Source: Candidatus Tectimicrobiota bacterium (lineage in GTDB: Bacteria; JACPUC01). Taken from it: 64,000 nucleotides of DNA. This document shows positions 38,185 through 48,100 of this stretch, one piece after another. The DNA lies in assembly GCA_016192455.1 (NCBI GenBank), contig JACPUC010000008.1:1-64000 (forward strand), in the 5' to 3' direction. Numbering within the stretch: the stretch's first letter is position 1; each line of letters opens with the position of its first letter. The position numbers and the translations under genes are program-made. Below the pieces are notes generated by a model. The model was not told the origin of the DNA. It saw nothing but the letters and a program-made list of their open reading frames with translations, and did not search any database.

Positions 38185-40548
38185 TCATTCCCGCCGCCGC
38201 GGCGCCGCCAGGGCGCGGCGCAGGCGCCGGATCTCCTCCCCGGCAAGCTGCGCCAGCGAGGGGGCGCCCCGCCAATGACGCTGAAACTGCTCGTACCAGG
38301 CGAGGGCCTGGGCGTGACGTCCCCGCGCCGCGAGCATGCTGGCAAGGTTGAAGATGCTCTCCAGCCGAGTCGCATCGAGCTGCAGCGCCAGATGAAATTG
38401 GAGGATCGCCGCATCGTAGCGTTGCTCCTGGCTCAGGAGTGATCCCAGGTTGATATGCGCCGATTCGGAGGCGGGATCAAGGCGCAGCGCCGCCTGCAAG
38501 GCGCGGCGCGCCGCCGCCAGGCGACGGCGCTGCGCATAGAGGTTGCCAAGGTTGCTCCAGGCCTTGGCGTAGTCCGGCTTGAGGGCCAGTGCCTGCAGGA
38601 AGGCGGAGGCGGCGCGCTCCATCTTCCGCTCGCTGAACCACGCCGAGCCGAGGCTGTTCCAGGTGAGCGCATTCGCAGCGTTGCGACGGAGCGCCGCGCG
38701 ATAGGCCCAGACCGAGATGCCCCCGGCCCGGCCACGGCCATCCCGACCGAGCACACCAAGGAGGTCCCCCAGGTGGCTCCAGGCGTTTTCCTGCTGGGGG
38801 GCAAGGGTCAGCGCCTCGAACAGCGCGCGCGCCGCGCGGCTGTGGAAGCGATGCTGCAGGTACGCCATGCCCAGGTTGTCGCGCGCCGCCGCCGAGCGGC
38901 GATCGGCGTGCACCGCCGCAAGCGCCGCCGCCAGGGCTTTCGTGGGACGACCGAGCTGCAGGTACGCCGCGGCGAGCGTGGTCTTCGCCGCCTCATACGA
39001 GGACCAATAGCGCAGCGCCGTCCGCGCCGAGGCGGCCGCGTCCGCGTACCGGCCGCGGCGGTGATAGACCACGGCGAGATTGTTGTGCGCCTCGGCAAAG
39101 GTGGGGAACCGCGCCAGGGCGGTCTTGTACTCGGCCATGGCTCGATCGAAGGCCGCCACGGCCTCATAGGCGTTGCCGAGGTTGTTGTGGGGGCGCGGCT
39201 TGCGCGGGGATTTGCGCACCGTATCCTCCCAGAGCCGCGGCGCACTCGCCCAGGTGTAGTTCCGCCGCGCCGTGAGGCCGGCAAGGAGAGCCGCCACGAG
39301 GACGCCACACGCCAGCACCGGCCAGACGGGGAGGCCGCGCCGCGCCACCAGCCGCACCGCCCCGACGTACGTTGCGGCGAGCGCCACGGCCGCCCCCGCC
39401 AGCGGCAGGTAGAGGCGGTGCTCGAAGAGCGCATCGCGGAAGGGGAGGAGGCTCGACCTCGGGCTCAGGACGAGGAGCATCCAGAACAGCCCGGTGGCTT
39501 GCAGGGGCCAGCGGCGCAGCCGGCGCAGGGCGCCGCCGAACAGCGCCAGGAGCAGCGCGAGGGAGCCGAGAGTGCGCCACTCCCAGAGCGTCGTCGAGGC
39601 GCCCACATCGGCGTCGACGTTCTGCCAGGTCGGCAGCAGGGTGAGGCGCAGGTAGGCGACGAGAACGCGCGCCTGCGTCAGGAGGTACTCGCTGCGTGTG
39701 TACGGCGACACCCCGCCGGCGAGGCTCGGCTCCCCGCCGGCCATCCTGCTGACTCCACTGCCGATGGACTCGGCCGGCTGCGTGTAGCTGAAAAACACCG
39801 AGATGGGGACGATCAGGCCGACAAGGATGAATGGGCTGGCAAAGAGGAAGCGACCCTTGAAGTCGCGTCGCACCCCGGGGAAGAGGCAGAGCTCGAGCAG
39901 CGCAATGGCGCCTGGGAGGGTGAGGGCGGTCTCCTTCGAGAGCATGGCGGCCACGCCCGCGGCGAGCGCCGCGCCGTACCAGCAGCCCCACGACCGGCGC
40001 CCGCCGCCTTCCGGCGCGCCGCGCCGCAGCCGCGCCTGCAGGTAGCACCCCACGCTGAGCAGGTAGAAGCCCGCCGCCAGCGACTCCAGGCGCTGCACGA
40101 GGTACGTTACCGACTGCACCTGCAGGGGGTGGGCCACGAAGAACAGCCCCGCGGCGAGGGCGATCCAGCGTCCGTCGGCGGCAGCCTGCCGGACGCGGAG
40201 CGCCTGCGTGCGGCAGAGGAGGAGCGTCAGCCAAACAACGAGGAGGGCGTTGCCGAGATGGATGAGGATGTTGCCGAGATGGTAGCCGGGCAGAGCAAGG
40301 CCGTGCAGCGAATAGTTGACGGCGAAGGAAAACCAGACCACCGAGCGCATTTCGCCGCGGGCGATGCGCTGCACCGTCCCCCAGAGGTCGCGAATCCACT
40401 CATTGCGGACGATGCCGTGGGCATCATCGAGGTGGAAGGGGGCGTGGAAGGTGCCGGCATAGATGAGGAAGCCCAGCGCCGCGATCAGCAGCGGCGCCAG
40501 CCACCGCAGCCAGTCGCGCGGCAGGTCACCCTTGAACGAAGCAGCCAT
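38185..40548 (-). CDS. TMTC-like GT-C membrane glycosyltransferase with long TPR array (paralog 2)
   Basis: FHLDD..IVRN, YHLGNILIH, HPLQVQSVTYLVQR, LSKE, EHRLYLP and LWEDTVRKSP motifs, then many TPRs. Confidence 0.85.
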   Translation of the reverse strand: MAASFKGDLPRDWLRWLAPLLIAALGFLIYAGTFHAPFHLDDAHGIVRNEWIRDLWGTVQRIARGEMRSVVWFSFAVNYSLHGLALPGYHLGNILIHLGNALLVVWLTLLLCRTQALRVRQAAADGRWIALAAGLFFVAHPLQVQSVTYLVQRLESLAAGFYLLSVGCYLQARLRRGAPEGGGRRSWGCWYGAALAAGVAAMLSKETALTLPGAIALLELCLFPGVRRDFKGRFLFASPFILVGLIVPISVFFSYTQPAESIGSGVSRMAGGEPSLAGGVSPYTRSEYLLTQARVLVAYLRLTLLPTWQNVDADVGASTTLWEWRTLGSLALLLALFGGALRRLRRWPLQATGLFWMLLVLSPRSSLLPFRDALFEHRLYLPLAGAAVALAATYVGAVRLVARRGLPVWPVLACGVLVAALLAGLTARRNYTWASAPRLWEDTVRKSPRKPRPHNNLGNAYEAVAAFDRAMAEYKTALARFPTFAEAHNNLAVVYHRRGRYADAAASARTALRYWSSYEAAKTTLAAAYLQLGRPTKALAAALAAVHADRRSAAARDNLGMAYLQHRFHSRAARALFEALTLAPQQENAWSHLGDLLGVLGRDGRGRAGGISVWAYRAALRRNAANALTWNSLGSAWFSERKMERAASAFLQALALKPDYAKAWSNLGNLYAQRRRLAAARRALQAALRLDPASESAHINLGSLLSQEQRYDAAILQFHLALQLDATRLESIFNLASMLAARGRHAQALAWYEQFQRHWRGAPSLAQLAGEEIRRLRRALAAPRRRE

Positions 40549-40808
40549 GGGCCTGGCGGGGCTGAAGGGTGAGGGGGCGGGTGGGCGCGCGGCTCGTGGG
40601 CGCGGCACAGCACACCGCGACGCGCGCTCACCAGGCTCCGATCCGTCGCGGAGCCGCGCTTATCTTCGCCGACTTCGCCAGGCACTGCAACCGCCGCCGC
40701 TCCTCCCCCGGCCCGGGCACGGGGCGCGGGCCGCCTCCCAGCGCAGCCCCGCGGGCAATCCCGCCTCGCCGCTTCCTGAACGATCGCGCGCCTGCCGGGC
40801 GCGGCTGC

Positions 40809-41417
40809 TCAGCGGTATTTCGACCAGTCGATGGTGTAGACGCTCGGCTCGCCGTCGTCGCGGATGACCTCAAAGGTGGCCGCCTGCGAGAAATCGACGT
40901 CGGCGAGGCGGTAGTAAACGAGGAACACCCCACGGTAGAGAGGAGCATCGGCACCCAGGTTGGAGCGCCGGGTGGGGACGCGCAGCGCGCGCTTGGCCGG
41001 CACAACCTTGCCCTTCTGCCGCAGCACCAGCTTGTAGTTGGCGTGGAAGTCCAGGACCGGCCCGAAGGTCTCCACCTGCAGGAAGATGTCCTCGTTGTTC
41101 TTGGCGTCGCGAAGCAGCGACGCGCTGGCGGTCCCATCCGGCTTCTTCGTGCGCAGGTAGACCCCCAGCATATCCAGGAATGGAGTGAAGACAATGAGTT
41201 GCTCATGAGGCCGCTTCGGACTGGGAATCGCGTACTGCTTCAGGTACTCCAGGTAGTAGCTTCGGTCCTTGTCCTTGCCGATCACCTTGACGGCGTGGAC
41301 GTCCTCGTCGGTCAGCTTCACCTTCACCGCCATGGCGGAACCCGCCGAGAGGATGGCCATCAGCCAGGCAGTGAGCGCCGCGGCAAGCAGGCGTTGAACG
41401 GGCAGCCGGTACGACAT
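40809..41417 (-). CDS. Hypothetical exported protein
   Basis: Signal peptide (AMA-V), coding-like codon use, RBS GAGGAG; no family recognised. Confidence 0.75.
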   Translation of the reverse strand: MSYRLPVQRLLAAALTAWLMAILSAGSAMAVKVKLTDEDVHAVKVIGKDKDRSYYLEYLKQYAIPSPKRPHEQLIVFTPFLDMLGVYLRTKKPDGTASASLLRDAKNNEDIFLQVETFGPVLDFHANYKLVLRQKGKVVPAKRALRVPTRRSNLGADAPLYRGVFLVYYRLADVDFSQAATFEVIRDDGEPSVYTIDWSKYR

Positions 41418-41456
41418 GCTCAGACGCTCCTCAACCGTCGAGACCCCTCCGCCGCC

Positions 41457-43115
41457 TCACGAAGCCAGGCGGAAGGAAATCCACGCAGACCAGTGCGAGC
41501 TCCCCTCGCGCGCCACGCGGAAGCGCCACGGATTGTAGAGCAGGAAGCGCAGCCAGAGGGCGGGGGAGAACGGCCCATAGATGTGCTCTCCACCTTCGAG
41601 GTGCAACTCTCCCCGGACACGATAGGTCTCCTCGCCGATATCGTATTGGATGCGATAGCGGCTGCCGGGTTCCCCTCCCAGACGCACGACGATCCTGCCG
41701 CCGGTGGCCGCGAAGGTGAGCACCTCGCCCGGCTTGGGCGCCAGGACAACGACGCCGCCGCCGTCCTCCGCGGGCGGCACGGCGCCTGGCGGCGGGAGCA
41801 GGCCGTGGCGCTGCTCCTCGTTCGCCGCCCGGATGACCTGCAGGCGCGCGGCGAACTGGGCGCGCACCTGCGGCTGCCGCGCCGCCAGGTCCCGCGTCTC
41901 CTGGGCGTCGGCCTCGAGGTCGTAGAGCTCCTCGCGCTCGATCACCTGGCCGCGCGCGGTCTGGATGTACTTCCAGCGCGGGGACTGCAGCATGCGCAGG
42001 CGCGGCTGGTCGCCCTCGGGACATTGGAAGCCGCACGGGGTTGTCTCCGCGAAGGCGAGGTGCTCCCAGGCGGGGCGCCGATCGAAGAGGAGCGGCAGCA
42101 GCGAACGGCCGGCTCTCCAGGGGAGTGGGGGCAGACGCAGGAGGTCGAAGAGCGTCGGCATCAGGTCGACCCCCTCGACGAGGTGGGGCACGCGCGCCCC
42201 GCGCGGCAGCACCCCCGGCAGGCGCATGATGAGGGGCACCTGAATCACCTCCTGGTAGAGCGTGCCCGCCAGCGAGGTGGAGGCGTGCCCGACGTGCCCA
42301 TGGTCACCCAGCTCCTCGCCATGGTCAGCCCCCACGATGACGAGCGTGGAATCCTCCAGGCCGCGCGCTCGCAACCCCTCCAGGTAGCGGCCGATCTCGG
42401 CATCCTCCTCCAGCACCTCGGCATCGTAGAGCGCCGCGATGGCGCGGCGTTCCGCTTCTCCGAGCCGCAGCGTGCCGCGCTTGATGATGACCTCCTGGCG
42501 CAGGGTCTTCAAGACCGCCGGATTGGCGCCCCCCACGATCCGCCCGTCGGGGTCGAAGCGCGCCAGGGAGGCGGGTTTGGGGTCATAGGGGAGGTGCGGC
42601 CCGGTCAAGTGCAGCCAGAGGAAGAAGGGCCGTTGGGGGTGCGCGTCAAGCCATGCCAGCGGATCGCGCTCGCGCGTCGGCTGGAAGCCGAGGTTGGCGT
42701 AGTTCGGGGTTTGCGTCAGGTAGGAGATGCCCGGCGTGGCGTAGCCGGCGTTCCGCAAGAGGTGGAGCGGCGACAGCGCCCCGGCGGGGAAGCTGTCGCT
42801 GCGCCCCTCCACGCCGTGCACCGAGGGGTAGCGGGAGGTCCACATCGAGATGAGCGCGGCGTTCGTCCAGCTCGCCTGGTTGATGACGCGATCGAAGCGC
42901 ACCCCCTCCCGGGCGAGGCGCTCCAGGTTCGGCGAGGTGGGCCGTCCATAGCCATAGGCGCTGAGGTGCCCGGGGCGCAGGCTGTCGATGGTGATGATGA
43001 AGATATTCAGCTTCGCGGGCGCCAGCGGCCAGGGCGCGATGAGATGGCGGAACCCCAACCAAGCCATCAGGGCGACGAGGAGCAGGAGGACGGCGGCAGC
43101 GCGATGCAGCTTCAT
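41457..43115 (-). CDS. Sulfatase / alkaline-phosphatase-superfamily protein with N-terminal anchor
   Basis: ITIDSLRPGHL, PHLPY, GADHGEE and ELYDL..D..E motifs; SWTNAA sits in place of C/SxPxR. Confidence 0.85.
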   Translation of the reverse strand: MKLHRAAAVLLLLVALMAWLGFRHLIAPWPLAPAKLNIFIITIDSLRPGHLSAYGYGRPTSPNLERLAREGVRFDRVINQASWTNAALISMWTSRYPSVHGVEGRSDSFPAGALSPLHLLRNAGYATPGISYLTQTPNYANLGFQPTRERDPLAWLDAHPQRPFFLWLHLTGPHLPYDPKPASLARFDPDGRIVGGANPAVLKTLRQEVIIKRGTLRLGEAERRAIAALYDAEVLEEDAEIGRYLEGLRARGLEDSTLVIVGADHGEELGDHGHVGHASTSLAGTLYQEVIQVPLIMRLPGVLPRGARVPHLVEGVDLMPTLFDLLRLPPLPWRAGRSLLPLLFDRRPAWEHLAFAETTPCGFQCPEGDQPRLRMLQSPRWKYIQTARGQVIEREELYDLEADAQETRDLAARQPQVRAQFAARLQVIRAANEEQRHGLLPPPGAVPPAEDGGGVVVLAPKPGEVLTFAATGGRIVVRLGGEPGSRYRIQYDIGEETYRVRGELHLEGGEHIYGPFSPALWLRFLLYNPWRFRVAREGSSHWSAWISFRLAS

Positions 43116-43244
43116 CTCGATCTCACGTGGCTGATGATGAGAGGGGTGGCCCTGCGCCGCTGCATGGGGCGGCGAGGCGCTCTCCGCCGGCCGCCGGGCC
43201 CGCGCCGCTGCGTCGGGGTGGAGACGGGCCGGCGCCGGGCCTGC

Positions 43245-45002
43245 CTACGGCCTGCCAGCGGCCGGCATTCGGCTCAGCCGCTCCACCATGGCCCGCAGCG
43301 CCGCGGCCTGTTCCTGCTTCGGGTCGAGGGCGAGGGAGCGGCGGAACTGCCGCAACGCGGCCGACGACGCGCCACGCTGCAGCAGGGCGATGCCGAGGTT
43401 CGCGGACGCCGCGGCCTGCTCGGGGACCGAGCGCAACGCCTGCTGGTAAGTGAGGATGGCGCGATCAACCAGACCCCGCTGCCGCAGCGCGATCCCCAGG
43501 TTGTTGAGGGTCTCGGCAGTCCGCGGCTCATAGCGCAGCCAGCGCAGGTAGAGGAGAACCGCCTTGTCGAGGTTTCCCGCCTGCCGCTGCAGGTTGCCGA
43601 TGTTATTGTACGGGTCGCGCTGGCGTGGATCAATGGACAAGGCGGTGAGCCAGGCGTGCCGGGCGGCGTCGGTGCGCCGGCGCTTTTGCAGCTCTTGGGC
43701 GAAGTTCAGGTGGCCGCGCACCCTCCCCGGCTCGCGCGCCGCCCCGAAGCGCCAGAGGGTGTAGTTCGACTCCCAGACGCGGGTCTGCCACACCGTCAGG
43801 ATCACGAAGCAGAGCAGTGCGGCGCCCACCAGCATGCGGACGGCCAGCCGGCGCCGGCGCCCCTCGCCCGCCGGCGCCCGGCTCCTCCCGACGCCGCGCG
43901 CCCGCGCCCCCCGCGCCGCACTCGTGAAGGCCGCCGCCAGGGCCAGGCTCCAGCCGGAGCTGGGGAGGTAGAGGTAGCGTGCGGCGACGGGACTATGGAG
44001 TGGCGCGAGGTTGCTGACCGGCAGGAGAGCAAGGAAGAACCAGAGGAGCCCCAGGCGCAGCGGCCCGGCTCCTGGCGCCCGCCACAGGCCCACCCCGATG
44101 AGCGCTGCCAGCGAGAGCGCCGCGAGGGCGCGCGGATCACGGAGACCCACGTGCAGCGACGTGCTATAATCAATGCTGGCGCCGACGGGCACGAGGCTGT
44201 GGAGGACGTAGAAGACCGCGATGCGCACGGCATTGAGCGCCATCGTCACGGCGCCATCCGCCGCGTCCGGCAGGGGCGGGGGCGTGGGGTTTTGCCGCCA
44301 GTCGAAGCGCACCAGCAGGTAGAGCCCCAGCTCCAGCGCGAGCGCCACCGCAAGCCGGCGCGGCGGTCGGCGCGCCGGGGGCTGGCGCCGCAGCACCAGG
44401 AGGGCGAGGACGAGCGGCGTCGCCAGCGCCATCTCCTTCGCCAGCAGCGCCAGGGCAAGGAAGACGAGCGCCGCGGGACCGCGCCCGCCCCAGCGGGGCC
44501 GCGCGGCGGGACCCCGGCGCGCCGCCGGCGGGGCCAGGATGCAGAGCATGGCGAGGAGACTGAACAAGGCAGCGAGGAGGTCTTCGCGGAAGGCCACGGC
44601 CGCAACGGCTTCCGACGCTGCCGGCAGCACCGCGAAGAAGGCCCCCGTCAGCAAGGCCAGCCCCAGGTCTCCAAACAGCGCGGCTGTCACCAGGACAAGG
44701 GTTGCCGAGGCGAGGGCGTGGAGGAGGACGTTCGTCAGGTGGAAGCCCGCTGGTCGGTCGCCCCAGAGCGCCCAGTCGAACATATAGCTGAGGGTGACGA
44801 GCGGCCGGTAGCTGACCTCGCCCGCCCGCGGGAAGTACCCCTGGCTGAGCAGCTCCGGCAAATGGGCAAGGCTGCGAATAAACGTGTTCTCGGTAACGAC
44901 CCCGCCATCGTCGCCGGTGAAGGCAAAGGAGAGGGTGACGGCATAGGTGAACCCCGCCAGCAGCAGGACGAGCGCGCTTCGCCACAGCCAGGCACGCCAC
45001 AT
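43245..45002 (-). CDS. TMTC-like GT-C membrane glycosyltransferase with TPRs (paralog 3)
   Basis: FTGDD, YRPLVTLSY, FHLTNVLLH, SEAV, LLAKE and RYLYLP motifs with NNLG TPRs; clearly similar to paralog 1. Confidence 0.85.
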   Translation of the reverse strand: MWRAWLWRSALVLLLAGFTYAVTLSFAFTGDDGGVVTENTFIRSLAHLPELLSQGYFPRAGEVSYRPLVTLSYMFDWALWGDRPAGFHLTNVLLHALASATLVLVTAALFGDLGLALLTGAFFAVLPAASEAVAAVAFREDLLAALFSLLAMLCILAPPAARRGPAARPRWGGRGPAALVFLALALLAKEMALATPLVLALLVLRRQPPARRPPRRLAVALALELGLYLLVRFDWRQNPTPPPLPDAADGAVTMALNAVRIAVFYVLHSLVPVGASIDYSTSLHVGLRDPRALAALSLAALIGVGLWRAPGAGPLRLGLLWFFLALLPVSNLAPLHSPVAARYLYLPSSGWSLALAAAFTSAARGARARGVGRSRAPAGEGRRRRLAVRMLVGAALLCFVILTVWQTRVWESNYTLWRFGAAREPGRVRGHLNFAQELQKRRRTDAARHAWLTALSIDPRQRDPYNNIGNLQRQAGNLDKAVLLYLRWLRYEPRTAETLNNLGIALRQRGLVDRAILTYQQALRSVPEQAAASANLGIALLQRGASSAALRQFRRSLALDPKQEQAAALRAMVERLSRMPAAGRP

Positions 45003-45189
45003 GCCTCTCACCCGAACCGAGGTGTCGCCACCAAGCGCCAACGATCTCAACGAGCGGAGGCCGACTCGCGCCGCCACCACCGCAGGGCTGGGCTCTGACG
45101 CCGCTCCGGTGCGCGTCGGATCCCCCGGCGTGAACATCGGCGCGCCCGACCACCGGTCGGGTCGCCGGCTTCCCGTTCAACTCAACAGC

Positions 45190-48100
45190 ATGTCGTTTCG
45201 CACCTCAGCCGATCACCTGCACAGAAACCGTGCCGCTTGGAGAGGCGGGGCCCTCCTCGGCTGCCGGCTCGTGGCGGCCTCGCTCCTTTGGTGCATGTCG
45301 TGGAGCGCCACGGCCGCGGCGCAGGGCGGCATCGCCTCTATTTCACCCAAGGGCGCGCTGCAGGGGCAAACCCTCACCGTTACGATTAACGCAACCGGCA
45401 CGAACTTCAACAGCACGACGAGCGTGCGCTTCAGCGGCGAGGGCGTCGGCGTCCTTTCCCTCACCGTTCAGAGCGCCACCCGGCTCAGCCTCCGGGTGCA
45501 GGTCGAGGCGACGGCGCCGCGCCAAAACCGCACCGTCACCGTCACCACCAACAGCATCTCCATCCCCCCCGGCAGCTTCATCATCGACGCCGCTTTCGAC
45601 GTGCTGACGGCGCTGAACGAGTACCGCGTCGACAACAGCGGCGTCGGCTCCTTTCTCCTCGAAGTGGTGCCGCTGGCGCGATTCCAACCCGAGCCTGCAA
45701 TCGAGTCGGTCACCGTCGATCTCCGGCAGTTCGGCGTCACCGATCTCCTCACCTTGCTCGACAACGGTCAGGGGGGCGACCGCGTCGCCGGCGACAAGAC
45801 CTACACCACCCGCGTGACGATCCCCGCCGCCACGACGGAGCAGATCTTTCAAGCGCCGATCCGCGTGCTCGAGTCTGTCCAGGATTCCACCTCCACCGGT
45901 TTTGCCCGGATTATCGTCGAAGAGGCGTCGGACCCCTTCATCCTGGGAATCACGCCGCAGGGGGCCATCCCCGGCGGCAGCATCACGATTCGCGGCAGCG
46001 GCTTCGATCGCACGCCCGCCAACAACGTCGTACGCCTCGGCGCCGAGACGCTGCAGGTCTCCGCGGTGACGGTGGAGGAGAGCTTCGTCCTCCTCACGGC
46101 TCTCCTGCCAGCCACCGCCGCCACCGGCAGCGTCACGGTCTCGCGCGGCAGGAAGACGAGCAATGCCGTGAGCTACGGCGTCGGCACGGCGTCGATCCTG
46201 GGCACGGTCCTGGCCACCGACACGGGCCAGCCCCTGCGGGGAGCCACCGTGAGCCTCACGCCGCTCGGTCGCAGCGCCGTGTCGGGAACAAGCGGCGACT
46301 ACCAGCTCCTCAACCTGCCGCGCGGCACCTACACGCTCACCGCCTCGCTCAGCAGCTTCCTGTCGGCGCAGGTGGAGAACGTGGCGGTCACCAGCGCCGG
46401 TGTGCAGACGATCGATTTCTCCCTGCCAAGGGTGACGACGGCCGCGGGAGGGATCAGCGGCCGGGTCCTGAACGCCGTCAGCGGCGCCGCCCTCCCCGCC
46501 ATCACGGTGCGCGCCGGGACCGCCTCGACCAGCACGGATGCCCAAGGCGCCTTTACGTTGACGTCGATCCCAGCCGGAGGGGCCACCGTCTCCGTCCAGG
46601 CAGCGGGCTTCGAGCCGTTCAGCACCACGGTCACGGTGCAGGCAGGCGGGGAGACGGCGCTCACCATCCGCCTGACGCCGACACCCACGGACGGCGGCGC
46701 GGGTGAGCGACGCGGGCGCATCGTCGGCATCGTCCTGAACGATCTCACCGGCGCCGCGGTGCCAGGAGCAAACGTGCAGGCCGGCGCCGCCGCCACCCAG
46801 GCTGACGCGGCGGGAGCGTTCACCCTGGAGAACCTCCCCGCCGGCGAGCTGGCCGTCGCGGCGCAGGCCGACGGCTTCACCCCCTTGACCACCGGCGTCA
46901 CCGTCCAGGCCGATCAGGAGACGGCGCTCACCATCCGCCTGACGCCCACGCCCACGGACGGCGGCGCGGGCGAGCAACGCGGCCGCATCGTCGGCGTGGT
47001 GCTGAATGACCGTAACGGCGCGGCGGTGCCAGGAGCCCGCGTGCAGGCCGGCGCCGCCACCCAGACCAACAGCGCCGGGGAATTCACCCTGGGGAACCTC
47101 CCCGCCGGCGAGCTGACCATCGCCGCGCAGGCCGACGGCTTCACCCCCTTGACCACCAGCGTCACCGTCCAGGCCGATCAGGAGACGGCGCTCACTATCC
47201 GCCTGACGCCGACCGGGCCGGCGCCGGGAACGCCGGAGGTGACGATCCAGCCCCAGGCGGTGCGGCGGCAGCCCTTCACCTTCCAGTTCACCCTCGCCGA
47301 TGCGGATGGCGTTGCCTCGCTCGACCTCGGCACGCTCCGCGTCACCTTCAACGGCGCGGAGGTTTCCGAGGCCGTGCGGGCGGGGATTGCGGCGCAGACC
47401 ATCAGCCAGCAGGCCATCTCCGCCGCGGCCACGACCTTCTCCGTGGCCGGGCTCACCCTGCCCCCCGGACGCGCGGCGATCAGCATCAGCGTCGCCGACA
47501 TGGAGGGAAGGGTCGGCGGCGCCGAGGTCCGCTACGCCATCACCGCGTTCCCCAGCCTGGCGCCCCAGGTTCCCGAAGTTGCGGCAACGCCGCTCGCGGA
47601 TGGCATCCAGATGCGCTGGGGCACGGTCGGCGATGCTCCCACCACCTTCCGGGTCTATGTCGGCCAGCCGACAGCCTTTGACAGCCCGGCCTTCACGCGC
47701 TCGCTGGAGCTGGAGGATGCCACCGAGGCGCGGCTCGGGGGCCTGGCGCAGGATCAGCTCAGCTTCTTCGCCGTCACGGCGCAGACCGCGGACGCCGCCG
47801 AAGGCTTGCGGATTCCCCAGGCGAAGCTCGTCCCCGTCCCTGCCGCGCAGCGCTCGAGCGTGAGCGCCCAGCAGGCTCGGCAGACGGCGCTGCAGGGCCT
47901 GGGCGGCCTTACCGTCACCATTCCCGCCAACGGGCTGCCTGCATCCGGAACCCTGACACTCAGCGCCATGCAGGAGCAGTCCCTGCCGCGCCCGCTGGCT
48001 GACTCCTTCGTGCGCCTCGTGGGCGGATTCGTCTACGACCTCAACCTGGAGGGGCAGTTCCTCACCCGCCTTGCCTCGCCGGCGATCCTCAGCCGCTTGG

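Noticed and set aside
40569-45098. 1,509-aa plus-strand ORF
   Set aside because: Antisense shadow of three well-supported genes; GC-rich codon bias removes stops.
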